This document shows positions 9,304 to 20,466 of a stretch of DNA of 64,000 nt, one piece after another. The notes below the pieces were generated by a model. The model was given only the letters and a program-made list of their open reading frames with translations. It had not been told where the DNA came from and searched no databases. The stretch spans positions 1-64,000 of IMG/VR virus record IMGVR_UViG_3300035698_007355; one strand, 5' to 3'. Numbering within the stretch: position 1 is the stretch's first letter; every line of letters begins with the position of its first letter. Position numbers and translations under genes: made by a program. The DNA comes from a virus.

Positions 9304-12300
9304 TTAACTTATTTCCTCACTACAATAATCTATATTATTACCACAAGACCTGAAGTAATAATCTGGTTGCCAATATTGCCAATTACTATATGAACAACTT
9401 AAATCAGCCCACATCCATACTTCTCCTGTGCCTTCATAATCTATATCTGTTAATACTTCGTACCAAGTGTCGTTAATCTGTATTGCTTGTGATGCATTGT
9501 TCGAATTAGCTATTTTAATTGTAGCACACTTACTACCTTGATTAGCTACATACATAGACCAATTCATAGCTGTACTACCATATCCTTGATTTTCTATCGT
9601 TAATATTGGTGTATTAGCATCTTGTCCAAATGGAGTTACATTCTTAGCTGTAGGACTCCAAGGATACCAATCTATATATTGTATTCCAGATGGCATTGTA
9701 TAATCCCATCCTGTGTAATAAAATATCATATCTCTTGTATAATTTATAGTATAATCTGATGTGTGTGCTCTTATATAAAATGATGTACTATTACCACCAA
9801 GATAATCATATTGAATATCATTTATTGTTAAATTTCCAGCATAAGCACTTTTAATAGTTATAGGATAATTAACACTTCCAGTTGAAGTATTAATAAATGC
9901 TGATATTGATGATAATGTTATAGTATATTGTTGTTGACTATATGTATAATTAACATCTAAACTAGTAATATTTATTGTTCCACCACCATAATTTCTAAAT
10001 GATAATGGGATATTACAATATCCATTTGAATCTGCTACGCAATCATTTATATAATCATTCATCTCAGATTCGAAACCACTAACCGTTTGCGAGCTAGTTA
10101 AATATCCGGATACATTCATTATTTGTGTTGTATTACTTCCAACATACATTTCAACATTTAATGGATAAGCATTTCCAATTAATATAAAATACATATCATA
10201 TCCTGGAAATGCATTATAATTTCCTACACTAGCTAAATAGAATAATTCACCATCTATATAACTACCATCTGATGCTCCAAGTTGTAAAATAAATGGAGAA
10301 GTATAATTAGCATATATTTCTACATATACATCATTTGTTGAATTTATTGTTCCAGTTAAATTACATACAATATCTTCAACATTGTTTGTTAACGTTACTG
10401 CACAATTTCCAAAATCAGGTGATACTGTTGATGGTAAAGATGCTCCAACTCTGATAACTCCTGTAATATTACTAGTGATATTACTAATTGCACTTTTTAT
10501 AGTTATATTTTTAAGTGTTGCATTTAAATCTATACTTGTAATATTTTGTACATATCCATAATGTGATATAGGAGATGCATCTCCATATCCAAGTAAAACT
10601 CCATCATTTCTATTTTGTTGTTCTAATATAATATCGGTATTTACTCCAATAAAATCTATAGCAGTATCTGTAACTACTGCGTTTTTCGGTATCTTAACAT
10701 AAACAGCACCATAAGTATCTATTTTATCATACACTATTTCGGCATATGATTCTCCACCATAGAACGTTGTTAATTCTTTTGTTCCACTTAAAGCTGTATT
10801 ATTTATTAAAATATTATTTCCATAAATATCTACATCTAATAATCCAGATGTTCCTGTCATATTAAATGTTAAATTCAAGGGTACATCGTACTGATGTGTA
10901 GTAATATAAAAAGTATAATTGTCCCCTCCAGTATAATTTAATTGGAATGTTGATTCACTATTACTGTTTGTTGTTTTAGTGAAATATTCGTCTGTAATTG
11001 TAATATTAACTGATGTTGTATTTGTTCCACAAGATAAGTTAATATCTTCTGTTGTATGTACATAATCTATACATACTGTTTGTCCTGTTATACTTGCTGT
11101 GACTTCAAACGTATAATCACCATTATTAGCTATTTCTATTTTTGGCGAATCTACAGAACCATTGATTGTTATACTACCATTAACTAACACATATTCTGAT
11201 GAATTAAGTGGTGTGCCTACATCTTCTCCAAATCTACTATCCCAACCATTACATTCTAATTTCCAAGCACCAATATCGTCTATTGGTGTTGTTAAATTGT
11301 TAACATTAGCTTCTACGCCTTGTGGATACGTAACCGCTATAGTATTATTTAACGCTATTTCTCTAGTATAAGTATCTATAGTTAAATTTGTTATTCTAAC
11401 ATATTCACGTCCATTATAACAATTTAAATCTAATACGTTCGAATATCCTGTATGGTTTACAATAACACTTATTTCTGAACTTGTTAAACATGAATCTAAT
11501 AATGAGAATCTTTTTACATTTGTTCCTTGTCCAGTACCAATTGTAAATTCACTGGAAATAATTCCAGTTGGATTAGTCCAGTTTGCTCTTATCTTTACAC
11601 TCGGACAATTTGGATTTGTGTTACAACTTGACCAATCAGTCCATATTCCATTACGCATTGGAAGATTAGTAGTAATATAGCCTGAAATATCGTAACTAAC
11701 TAACTCATCTCCGCTTACAAGTATTATATTAGTTGAATTTCCACTTGAATATAGTACATCATCTTTAAACCATTTATATTGATATTGTACATTAGTGTCT
11801 TCTACATTTGTAGCGTTACAATATCCATTTATAACAGATATATCATCATATATACCTAATCCAGCTGGGTCAGTTCTAGCTGATTGAGTTACTATTGGAT
11901 AAGCGTCTAGTGTTATTGGTGTACTATTTATCCATAAAACACTATATGTAGTTCCATTATAAGCTCTACAACCAAATTTCCAAGTATCTCCAACATTAAC
12001 AGACGCATTATTAATAGTATTTACATTATATAATATTCCTGAAGTTGTTGTTGATGTGTTTCCACCAGAATGTTCTGTATCATTTAAATACCAAATATAC
12101 TCATAAACTACATCATTATCATCTATATTTGTAGCATTACAGTATCCTAGTAAATTATTATCAGCATATTCATCACCATAACTTGTTGTTATATTAGAAC
12201 TTCTCATTACAGTAGCTGCCTCTAGAAAAAAATAACTTGAACTATAAACGAATGTAGTATTTTCTGCGCCATCTGTAGTTGACCAGTTAGTTGCGTTTAT

Positions 12301-15300
12301 TTTAATGTAATAAAAATTTGCTGCTAATTCTGTAATGTTCCAAGTATAATTACAATTAGCACCAGAACATAAATTAGCAACTGTGTCGCTAACTATTAAA
12401 TTAGTTGCTGTAGCTTGTGTTGCGCCATAGTAAATAGAAAAGTTACCATTTGTCTTTCCAGACGTAAACCAATATAAGTTCTCACTACTATAAGGAGGTT
12501 GAATTCTCGTTACTGCTCTTGGTGTTGGTAAAAAAGCCCACCAGAATTGGTCATCTGTTGAATAACCAACTGTCCATCCTTCTTCCCAATTTGTAGCATC
12601 AATTGTTCCAATTGTTACATTTATATATCCACTAAATGCTGTATTTTGTAAACTATAATTATTATTTGATGATACTGGAATTGCAAATACGTACGCATAT
12701 CCACAATGTTCTTTATCTGAACAAGTTCCTGTTCCTGTAGCATTTCCACCACCAGTTATATCTCCAACTACTGTATTATAAGAACCATAAGATGCCCCAG
12801 TTGCAAAATCTATCTGTGCATGTCCACTATCTCCGTCTGTATAACCATCAACATTACAATAACCTATTCCGCCTGTTCCTGCTGTAATATTATTTACGTT
12901 AATATTATTACTTCCTACTAATGGATATAAATTTATTTGTAAATAACTAACATTTCCACCAGCCGCTTGATATCCTGTATCTGAACCACCATCTAATCCA
13001 CTAGGTTGAGTAATATTATAAACATTAATATTATTTAATATTCCTGCAAATTCTATTAATATATTCTCGGTTCCTCCTGTTTTAACACAAGTTGCTCCAT
13101 TATTTGTGTCTGCACCACCAGTTCCTCCTTGTCCACTATAAATATTATATATTGTTAAATTGTTAACATTACCAGTATTAGATGTTCCAGTAACTTCAAA
13201 ACTTATTTTTCCACCATCTCTTCCACTCATTGACATTCCATCAAAAGATGTAAGGTCAGCATTTCCACCATCTCCAGCATTTATATTATATATTGTTAAA
13301 TTATTTATATTTGTTGATAACCCATATACTTCTACATTTATATCTGCTCCCGAACCACCCCATGCAGAATCTCCAGGGTCATAATTATCACAAATAGCGT
13401 CCTCTCCTCTTTCTCCTGTATAATCGTGAATTAACACATTTTCTATTACATCGTATGTACCATACAATAAATTTGTGCTTCCTTTATTATCTCCAGCTAC
13501 GCAATCATCATTACAATCAGTAGTACCATCTGTACCAAGTGTATTTCCATGTAAATTTATATTATAAATTTTAGTACCAGTTCCTCCTATAGACAATATA
13601 TATTTCACTGTACCGCCCATGCCCCCCTCTGAACATATATCAGTAGCACCACTTCTATCACCATCTCCACCACTACATCCTATAATAGAATTATCTCCAT
13701 AATTAGAAAATCCATTTATTGTTAAAAAACTTCCAGTTGAATATAATATCTTTGTCTCTCCACCATCTCCCCCATCATTATTTGAACCACCAAATCCACC
13801 ATCACTTCCATTTCCACATTGTGAATAATTAAAACTCACATCTCTAATAGTTGTATTAGATGATGTTCCATAATAAATATACGAATCTCCACCCCGTGTT
13901 CCTCTGTCATCAGATGCAAAATATCCATCTCCACCTCTAACACCTTGTAAAACTATATTTTTAAATAAGTTATTCATTCCTCCAGTATCAATAATACCAT
14001 ATGCGTTTCCTCTAAAATCATCTACATATTGACTACCAGGTGATATTATATCTTCTGTGAAATTAATATATATTAAAGTAGTATTTGAACCCGTTAATAC
14101 AATACCTGCTTTATCATTAGTTATTGGATAATTTACTCTTCCTCCTGCTATATATACTCGCTCTACATAAACATTAGATGTATCTATAAATAATGAAGTC
14201 ATATTTTCATAATTATTTCCTAAAATACAAACGCTTTTATTAACATGTAAATCTGTATCTACTGTTGATTGATTTACATAAATTATATCTCCTGTTGTTG
14301 TTCCACTATCATCTATAGCTAATTGAACTGTAGCAAAATCATCTTGAACTACTATTACATCTCCATTGCACATATCTGGTAAAACAATATTATCATCTGA
14401 AGATGTTGCATTACCAGCATCATTAGATAAAAAACATGATACTCTTATTACGTCACTTACACTAGTTAATGAATTAGATATGTTTAAAACGTTATTATTA
14501 CCATCATTAATATTTGAATAATATGTTGAAGAACTATAAACGTTATTAATATATAACGAACAATTAGCACTATAAAAACCTCCTCCAACTACCGTTGTTG
14601 AATTTAAATAAATTTTTATATCTGTAGATGAATTAACAACAATTGGTGTAAATACTATGTCATTAATTATAGGAGCTCCACTAGGTATATTTAATTCGTT
14701 ATAGTCATAAAGATTTTGTACTTGTGTTGCATTAGCTTCTAATCCTTTATAAATTTTAATTTCATCGAATAGTCCACATCCATATTTATTTATTGTATCA
14801 CTATCACGAGTGTCTAGTCTTGCTCCCAAATACATATTACCATTAAAAGTAGTTATTCCTGCTCTTGATGCGTTATTACAAAAAGCACCATCATAATAAA
14901 CGTTTAAATTTGAAGGACTTGCAGTTGCAACGAAATGATGCCAATTTCCATCCATAATGTCAACACTACCATTATCCGGGTCACAAATAACACCATTAGT
15001 ATGGTAACCATATTGATAAGTAAATCCATAATCGATTGTTGCCCCAGAACCAGTTATTCTATATTCCATATTATTAGTCCATCCACCATCTTTAGCTATA
15101 GACCAAAATCCTGAACATCCTGTAGTATTTTTCCACCAAAAACTGATAGTTTGTTTATCAGAAGCTGGAGTAAAATCATAGTTAGTTGCTCCAAAATCAA
15201 TGTAACTTGTACCATAAGTACTTAAATTATAAGAATAACTACCACCATCTCCACTTATATTAAAAGTAGGAACATCTGTTGAGAAAGGAGTAGTATACAT

Positions 15301-16140
15301 TGTTCCGTTATAACCATTCCAATTATCGACTGCTACTGAACCGCTACCTTCTTCTGCGTTCATATAACCTACCCTATAAGCAGTATCATCAAACCATGGG
15401 TCAACAAGTATAATATTTAAATTCTGTTCCCCTCGTATATTTATAAAATGAAAATAAATTTTAGTATTATCTATTACTTCAGCATAATCCAAATTACTAC
15501 ATTCATCTTTTAAGTCTATTTTTATTCTCCCAAATGTATAATCACAATCATTATAAATACCATCTGGTATATTTATTTCTTTAAGATTTTCTATTCTCCA
15601 AGTAAGTTTATAATTTCTAGTATCTTTAGGATTCCAATTTACATTATAATCATATGGGAATTGTTCTTCGTCTGTTGATAATGGATAAAAGTCCATTGTT
15701 TCTATAAGCGAACCAGCGTAACTTCCCCTTGTACCATATTTATAATTAGGTGAATCTTTAGTTACTGAGAAGTAGGATGATGTTATATATTCTGTACCAT
15801 TTATTGTATCGGTACTTGTATGATTAATAAAGTCTATTTTAGTATTGATTAAGCTTCTACTTAACTGTTCATAATAATCGTCTGGATAATAACAACGCGT
15901 AGCAGTTTCATAACCACCATTAGCTATAACCTTTGGACATTTGATATTGATATCATAATAACTATCTAATTTAAAATAAGTTCTTTCTGCTTCTACTACC
16001 CACTTTTCTTTTGCAATGATTGTATCATCTAAAGAAAGGGTTGTCCAATCTTTGTCGAATTGCCATTTAAGTGTGCCTCCTGCGAAGGCTGCTAATACTA
16101 TAATAACTATTCCAATTATAACTGTAACATTGTTCTTCAT
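9304..16140 (-). CDS. Giant (2278 aa) multidomain protein: N-terminal TM/signal, LamG domain, Gly-rich beta-helix-like region, Ig-like repeats
   Basis: MKNNVTVIIGIVIIVLAAFAGG; LamG motifs TISFWWK, DGNWHHFVAT, GLFDEIKIY; many GGxGG motifs, Cys pairs and N-x-S/T sequons. Confidence 0.75.
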   Translation of the reverse strand: MKNNVTVIIGIVIIVLAAFAGGTLKWQFDKDWTTLSLDDTIIAKEKWVVEAERTYFKLDSYYDINIKCPKVIANGGYETATRCYYPDDYYEQLSRSLINTKIDFINHTSTDTINGTEYITSSYFSVTKDSPNYKYGTRGSYAGSLIETMDFYPLSTDEEQFPYDYNVNWNPKDTRNYKLTWRIENLKEINIPDGIYNDCDYTFGRIKIDLKDECSNLDYAEVIDNTKIYFHFINIRGEQNLNIILVDPWFDDTAYRVGYMNAEEGSGSVAVDNWNGYNGTMYTTPFSTDVPTFNISGDGGSYSYNLSTYGTSYIDFGATNYDFTPASDKQTISFWWKNTTGCSGFWSIAKDGGWTNNMEYRITGSGATIDYGFTYQYGYHTNGVICDPDNGSVDIMDGNWHHFVATASPSNLNVYYDGAFCNNASRAGITTFNGNMYLGARLDTRDSDTINKYGCGLFDEIKIYKGLEANATQVQNLYDYNELNIPSGAPIINDIVFTPIVVNSSTDIKIYLNSTTVVGGGFYSANCSLYINNVYSSSTYYSNINDGNNNVLNISNSLTSVSDVIRVSCFLSNDAGNATSSDDNIVLPDMCNGDVIVVQDDFATVQLAIDDSGTTTGDIIYVNQSTVDTDLHVNKSVCILGNNYENMTSLFIDTSNVYVERVYIAGGRVNYPITNDKAGIVLTGSNTTLIYINFTEDIISPGSQYVDDFRGNAYGIIDTGGMNNLFKNIVLQGVRGGDGYFASDDRGTRGGDSYIYYGTSSNTTIRDVSFNYSQCGNGSDGGFGGSNNDGGDGGETKILYSTGSFLTINGFSNYGDNSIIGCSGGDGDRSGATDICSEGGMGGTVKYILSIGGTGTKIYNINLHGNTLGTDGTTDCNDDCVAGDNKGSTNLLYGTYDVIENVLIHDYTGERGEDAICDNYDPGDSAWGGSGADINVEVYGLSTNINNLTIYNINAGDGGNADLTSFDGMSMSGRDGGKISFEVTGTSNTGNVNNLTIYNIYSGQGGTGGADTNNGATCVKTGGTENILIEFAGILNNINVYNITQPSGLDGGSDTGYQAAGGNVSYLQINLYPLVGSNNINVNNITAGTGGIGYCNVDGYTDGDSGHAQIDFATGASYGSYNTVVGDITGGGNATGTGTCSDKEHCGYAYVFAIPVSSNNNYSLQNTAFSGYINVTIGTIDATNWEEGWTVGYSTDDQFWWAFLPTPRAVTRIQPPYSSENLYWFTSGKTNGNFSIYYGATQATATNLIVSDTVANLCSGANCNYTWNITELAANFYYIKINATNWSTTDGAENTTFVYSSSYFFLEAATVMRSSNITTSYGDEYADNNLLGYCNATNIDDNDVVYEYIWYLNDTEHSGGNTSTTTSGILYNVNTINNASVNVGDTWKFGCRAYNGTTYSVLWINSTPITLDAYPIVTQSARTDPAGLGIYDDISVINGYCNATNVEDTNVQYQYKWFKDDVLYSSGNSTNIILVSGDELVSYDISGYITTNLPMRNGIWTDWSSCNTNPNCPSVKIRANWTNPTGIISSEFTIGTGQGTNVKRFSLLDSCLTSSEISVIVNHTGYSNVLDLNCYNGREYVRITNLTIDTYTREIALNNTIAVTYPQGVEANVNNLTTPIDDIGAWKLECNGWDSRFGEDVGTPLNSSEYVLVNGSITINGSVDSPKIEIANNGDYTFEVTASITGQTVCIDYVHTTEDINLSCGTNTTSVNITITDEYFTKTTNSNSESTFQLNYTGGDNYTFYITTHQYDVPLNLTFNMTGTSGLLDVDIYGNNILINNTALSGTKELTTFYGGESYAEIVYDKIDTYGAVYVKIPKNAVVTDTAIDFIGVNTDIILEQQNRNDGVLLGYGDASPISHYGYVQNITSIDLNATLKNITIKSAISNITSNITGVIRVGASLPSTVSPDFGNCAVTLTNNVEDIVCNLTGTINSTNDVYVEIYANYTSPFILQLGASDGSYIDGELFYLASVGNYNAFPGYDMYFILIGNAYPLNVEMYVGSNTTQIMNVSGYLTSSQTVSGFESEMNDYINDCVADSNGYCNIPLSFRNYGGGTINITSLDVNYTYSQQQYTITLSSISAFINTSTGSVNYPITIKSAYAGNLTINDIQYDYLGGNSTSFYIRAHTSDYTINYTRDMIFYYTGWDYTMPSGIQYIDWYPWSPTAKNVTPFGQDANTPILTIENQGYGSTAMNWSMYVANQGSKCATIKIANSNNASQAIQINDTWYEVLTDIDYEGTGEVWMWADLSCSYSNWQYWQPDYYFRSCGNNIDYCSEEIS

Positions 16141-16141
16141 T

Positions 16142-16510
16142 TTATTCCTCTATAAGTGTGAATTTATAAACATAAGATAAATTTCCTCTTTTTCCAGAAT
16201 CATTAAATCGTAATGTTCCTGGTTTTAGATAATAATTTCCATCATGTAATCCATCTACATATGCATGTACTGTAACATCATCAAATGCTTCTATTTGTGC
16301 ACGTTTAGTCCCCAATTCTGTAAGAGTAGCGCCTATTACAACACCAGATACAGCTAGTTCCCATTGTTGCGCATTTAATCCTATAATATTAACTTGTGAT
16401 AATGATTTTCCTAATACTACCTTTCTAGTCTTTTGTTTTCTCATAGGTGTAAGAGTTTCAACATCTAGAGTTATTGAATTATATACTAATGTTTCATTAT
16501 AATTTGCCAT
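16142..16510 (-). CDS. Distal tail (Dit-like) protein
   Basis: Immediately after the tape measure; C-terminal YKFTLIE strand. Confidence 0.5.
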   Translation of the reverse strand: MANYNETLVYNSITLDVETLTPMRKQKTRKVVLGKSLSQVNIIGLNAQQWELAVSGVVIGATLTELGTKRAQIEAFDDVTVHAYVDGLHDGNYYLKPGTLRFNDSGKRGNLSYVYKFTLIEE

Positions 16511-16511
16511 T

Positions 16512-19500
16512 TTATTTTACCTTTAATTGTTCTTCTAATCTTGAATATAATAATTCTATCGCGTCAGCATCATCTGTAGAATTATTTCCATCTATGTTAA
16601 TAGTGCCAATATTTATATCTGACGAACTTGAACTTGAACTATCCCCATTTTGAATAGGTGAAGTAGGCGCATATGACATTCCATTATTTACTAATTCTGT
16701 ATATAATACTGGATTTTGTGATTGATACGGATTAACATCTTTATTTAATATCTCGTTTGCTATTTGTTCATATGGTGATAATACTCTTTCATCATTAGGT
16801 TCTATACCTAGCCCATAAGACATACCATTAGGGTCTAGTAATTCCGCATCTTTTAAATAAATATAATCTCGATATTCGGATATTAAGCTTTTAACTTTAC
16901 TAATTTGAGCATCAAGTGATAAATTAATAAGGTCAGCATCAGATAAGAATCCAGCAGCATAAAGTTCTTCTGCTGTTTTAGCATCTTCCCATGTTGTTTC
17001 AAGGTCTATTTGTTGAAGTATTTGAGCATCTAATTCTGCTTGAACTAATTTCATAGCTGCTATAGTTGCCTCTGCTGTCTCAAATTCTACTTGTCCAAGT
17101 CTAGCAACAGCGTCCCTATATTCGTTTACCTTATAATGTTTTTCATCATAATCTATATCGTGTTCTAATTGCGCAATATCATATTCTCTATTCATATCGT
17201 CTAATGTACTATTATCATCAGCAGACCCATCGGAAAATCTAGATGAAGATAATAATAATGCTTGATATTGTGTTACTGAACTAGAAACATTTTTTCCTAA
17301 TTCTGTTCCAGACGCAACTGTACTTTTAATAAATTGTTGTACTGTTTCAACCCATGCTGTATATGAATCTTGTTGTGATGCTAATTCATCATTAGTTCCT
17401 TTTACAGAATCTGTAAGTTTTAATTGTGCTAATCGTTCTTTGTCTATTGCTAAACTCATATCGTGAAGATGTTGTAATGATTCTGTTTCTCCAGTAAATC
17501 TAGCATCCCCATATTCACTTAATAACTCTTTTTTAATTTCTATTTGTGATTTTAAAATATTATTTACATATTTAAACGCTACTCCAGCTTTTTTAGATAT
17601 TGATGCAAACTTTTCTGTAGAATCAGTAGCATCATCAGTAATATTTTTTGTAATTTCCATATTTGCATTATATCGTTCTTGATATGATATTGAATCAGAA
17701 TATTCGGTTTTTAAGTTTTCGACTTCCACTCGGAACTCAGCCGTTGATGCTTTATCTAGTGCAAAAAGTCTTGCTTGTTCTTCTAATGCTACCTTAAATT
17801 CATCATATCCCTGTATAGTGTTTATTATTGATTCATCTAATGTACCATATTGTTTTTCTAGAGTAGCTAAATCTTGTCCTTCATTATCTATTCTTTCTTG
17901 AACAGATTGTGATGCATCTCCATATTTCATTAGTTCATTAGTCAAATTAACCATAGCATCTGCTCTTCCTTGTTTTCCTTCTGCATCTCCTAATGCAATA
18001 TTTAATTCTTTTACTTTTTGTATAGCAATGTTTATTTCACTTTCAGACATCTGCCTAGTAGTTGCCCTTTCTACATCTTTAGCATATTGTATTCTAGCAT
18101 CTCGTACCCCTTTAAAAGCTTCTTGTTGTTCTTTTGGAGTACCATCAGCATAATCATAATAAATTTTTAATTCAATTTCTTGTAACTCTGTAGCAGTATC
18201 TACACCTAAAGTGTCTAACACATTTTCTCTATACTCTTTATATGAATCGCCTACTTTTTTAACATTAGCTGCTTCTTTCAACATAAGAGCTTCACCACTA
18301 TTCCATCTATCTCCAGTTTCTGGCATAAACCTCATACTACCTAAACTACTAGCATCTTCTTCACCAAATACTTCTTGTCTACCCTTAGCCATATTATTAA
18401 ATTCACGACTAAGTGTATTCAAATCATTAATTGTTTTTAATGCTCCTGTTACATCTATATTCATACTTGTAGCGAAATTTGCCCATCCAGAACCAATATT
18501 TCCCCAATAAATCTTCCATTGATTAGCAGTTGTACTCATTTGAATATCAAACTCTGCTTGTAGGGACATAGCGTTTTCAAATTCATCAGACGCCATAACT
18601 ATATTTTTAACTAAATCTAAATAATTAGATGCTAATCCTAATACAGCACTTCCACCTACTCTACCAAAAATATCTGTAGCTATACGAAGTTTTTCAGTTT
18701 TATCTGAAGTATTAGCTATAGTTCCAATTAATCTTAGAAATGCTTCATTAGCATCATCATTTATAGCTTTCGAAACATCGGATGCAAATTCTCCTTTATA
18801 AAGGGCTGCAATTTTCTCAGTTTCAGTAGCCATTCTAGTGAATACTGTTTTCATACGAGTACCAGCTCTCTCAGCTTTCATACCCATATCAACTAATGTA
18901 GCACCTATTGCTGCGCTTACATCTAATGTAACACCTAATTGGTGAGCTGATGTAGCCATTTTAAGCATAGCACGACTTATTTCTGAAGAATTAGCGGCAG
19001 TATTATTGGATAATTCATTAACAACACTAGCCATATTTTCAGCTTTTACAATTGGTTCATCATATGCTGCTGATAATTTAGCCAAAGCCAAACCAGCTTC
19101 TTCTGTTGTAAGAACTGTAGCAGCTCCCATCATAGCTGTTACTCTTGTAAACTCTGTAATATTTGTAGCACCACGAATACCTAACTGACCAGCAATTCCT
19201 GCTATTTTAGCTAGTTCTGATGCTGATTCGGGTAAAGTTCTAGATAAATTTATAAGTTCCCCACGTAAATTTTTAAGGTCATCCCCTGTCATCTTTGTTC
19301 TTTTCTGAACGACAGCCATCTCAGTTTCTAAATCAATTAATGGTTGGCCTATTGCTTTAAATGCTAACTTAGCAGTCATAGCAACTAATGCTACATTTAC
19401 TAATGCCCATCTAACATTGGTCATTCCTTTAAGAAATCCTTTAACGCCACCAGCAGACTTTGTGGCTGTTGCGCCAAGTTGCATCATAGAAGCGCTTGCT

Positions 19501-19622
19501 CTATTAACAGCCTTTTGAACCTGAACAAATTGAGCTTCTAATTTCAACAAAGCTGCTTTATCACCAACTCTTATAACTGCAACTGGTATTACAATTCCGC
19601 CGACGCTCGTAATTCCTGACAT
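16512..19622 (-). CDS. Tail tape measure protein (TP901-like core)
   Basis: LETEMAVVQK, ELAKIAGIAGQLGI, AERAGTRMKTVF, DIFGRVGG; long alpha-helical protein. Confidence 0.92.
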   Translation of the reverse strand: MSGITSVGGIVIPVAVIRVGDKAALLKLEAQFVQVQKAVNRASASMMQLGATATKSAGGVKGFLKGMTNVRWALVNVALVAMTAKLAFKAIGQPLIDLETEMAVVQKRTKMTGDDLKNLRGELINLSRTLPESASELAKIAGIAGQLGIRGATNITEFTRVTAMMGAATVLTTEEAGLALAKLSAAYDEPIVKAENMASVVNELSNNTAANSSEISRAMLKMATSAHQLGVTLDVSAAIGATLVDMGMKAERAGTRMKTVFTRMATETEKIAALYKGEFASDVSKAINDDANEAFLRLIGTIANTSDKTEKLRIATDIFGRVGGSAVLGLASNYLDLVKNIVMASDEFENAMSLQAEFDIQMSTTANQWKIYWGNIGSGWANFATSMNIDVTGALKTINDLNTLSREFNNMAKGRQEVFGEEDASSLGSMRFMPETGDRWNSGEALMLKEAANVKKVGDSYKEYRENVLDTLGVDTATELQEIELKIYYDYADGTPKEQQEAFKGVRDARIQYAKDVERATTRQMSESEINIAIQKVKELNIALGDAEGKQGRADAMVNLTNELMKYGDASQSVQERIDNEGQDLATLEKQYGTLDESIINTIQGYDEFKVALEEQARLFALDKASTAEFRVEVENLKTEYSDSISYQERYNANMEITKNITDDATDSTEKFASISKKAGVAFKYVNNILKSQIEIKKELLSEYGDARFTGETESLQHLHDMSLAIDKERLAQLKLTDSVKGTNDELASQQDSYTAWVETVQQFIKSTVASGTELGKNVSSSVTQYQALLLSSSRFSDGSADDNSTLDDMNREYDIAQLEHDIDYDEKHYKVNEYRDAVARLGQVEFETAEATIAAMKLVQAELDAQILQQIDLETTWEDAKTAEELYAAGFLSDADLINLSLDAQISKVKSLISEYRDYIYLKDAELLDPNGMSYGLGIEPNDERVLSPYEQIANEILNKDVNPYQSQNPVLYTELVNNGMSYAPTSPIQNGDSSSSSSSDINIGTINIDGNNSTDDADAIELLYSRLEEQLKVK

Positions 19623-19828
19623 TATACTCTTACCCCATAATCTGGTGTTATTTTATGACATTCAATACAAAGTGTTACGCCATTATCAATGTTCCAAAAT
19701 TCTTCAAATTTCTCTGATAAGTATAATAATTCATATTTACCTTTCGCTAAATAGAAAGGTTTTCTTCTGAATTCTATTCCACATACCAAACATTTACAAT
19801 TATTAGGTTTACGTTTTCCGCCTGCCAT
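19622..19828 (-). CDS. Degenerate HNH/zinc-finger protein
   Basis: CLVCGIEF and DNGVTLCIECHK; the first His of HNH is missing. Confidence 0.5.
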   Translation of the reverse strand: MAGGKRKPNNCKCLVCGIEFRRKPFYLAKGKYELLYLSEKFEEFWNIDNGVTLCIECHKITPDYGVRV

Positions 19829-19837
19829 TTTATTTTA

Positions 19838-20011
19838 TTATTTTTTATTATTTCTAGCTTTATCTTTCTCTCTTTGATTGAAGGCTTCTACAAGGTAATT
19901 ACATTCAGCGAATGTTAGCTGATTTATTGTGAAAAATGTATAACCTATGTCGTGTAAAAATAAGACTAAACCACCCTCTCGTTTCTTTTGCTTAGTCTTT
20001 AGGAGTTTTTT
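19838..20011 (-). CDS. -1 frameshift extension of the tail assembly chaperone (GT)
   Basis: -1 frame from AAAAAAC (20011-20005) reads KLLKTKQKKREGGLVLFLHDIGYTFFTINQLTFAECNYLVEAFNQREKDKARNNKK*; it has no ATG of its own. Confidence 0.82.
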   Translation of the reverse strand, partial: KKLLKTKQKKREGGLVLFLHDIGYTFFTINQLTFAECNYLVEAFNQREKDKARNNKK

Positions 20012-20400
20012 CCAAATTCATCGTTATACTTTTTAGTACCAGTATCGCCATCTAATTGAATACCTGATTCTGCAAATATAGTTTTTACAATAGACCTTAC
20101 AATTATAGGTTTAGCATATGCTAATTCTTCTATAGTATATTGTGGTTCTTTGCAAAATTCTACAATCATTTCACCATCTTCATCTTTAGTTGTATCTGGT
20201 TTTGTATCTTTTTCTGTTCCCATTAACCCAAACATCTTTTTAATCTTTCCTCTAGTCATAGGAATCACTTTAATTGTCTCTTTAGCTAATTCAGGATATT
20301 GTTCTAAATCTGCTTTAGATACCAATAAAGGTACTTCTTGTGCGATTAATTCGTTTTTTTCATCTCTTTCATATAAACTTAGTTCTTTTTTCATTACCAT
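19999..20400 (-). CDS. Tail assembly chaperone (G)
   Basis: Between tail tube and tape measure; ends FGKNS with slippery A AAA AAC. Confidence 0.8.
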   Translation of the reverse strand: MVMKKELSLYERDEKNELIAQEVPLLVSKADLEQYPELAKETIKVIPMTRGKIKKMFGLMGTEKDTKPDTTKDEDGEMIVEFCKEPQYTIEELAYAKPIIVRSIVKTIFAESGIQLDGDTGTKKYNDEFGKNS

Positions 20401-20466
20401 TTTCTTCTTCTCACCTTTTCTTTATTTAAAAAAATTGTGCCCGCATAAAGCGGGTAAAAAAATTAT

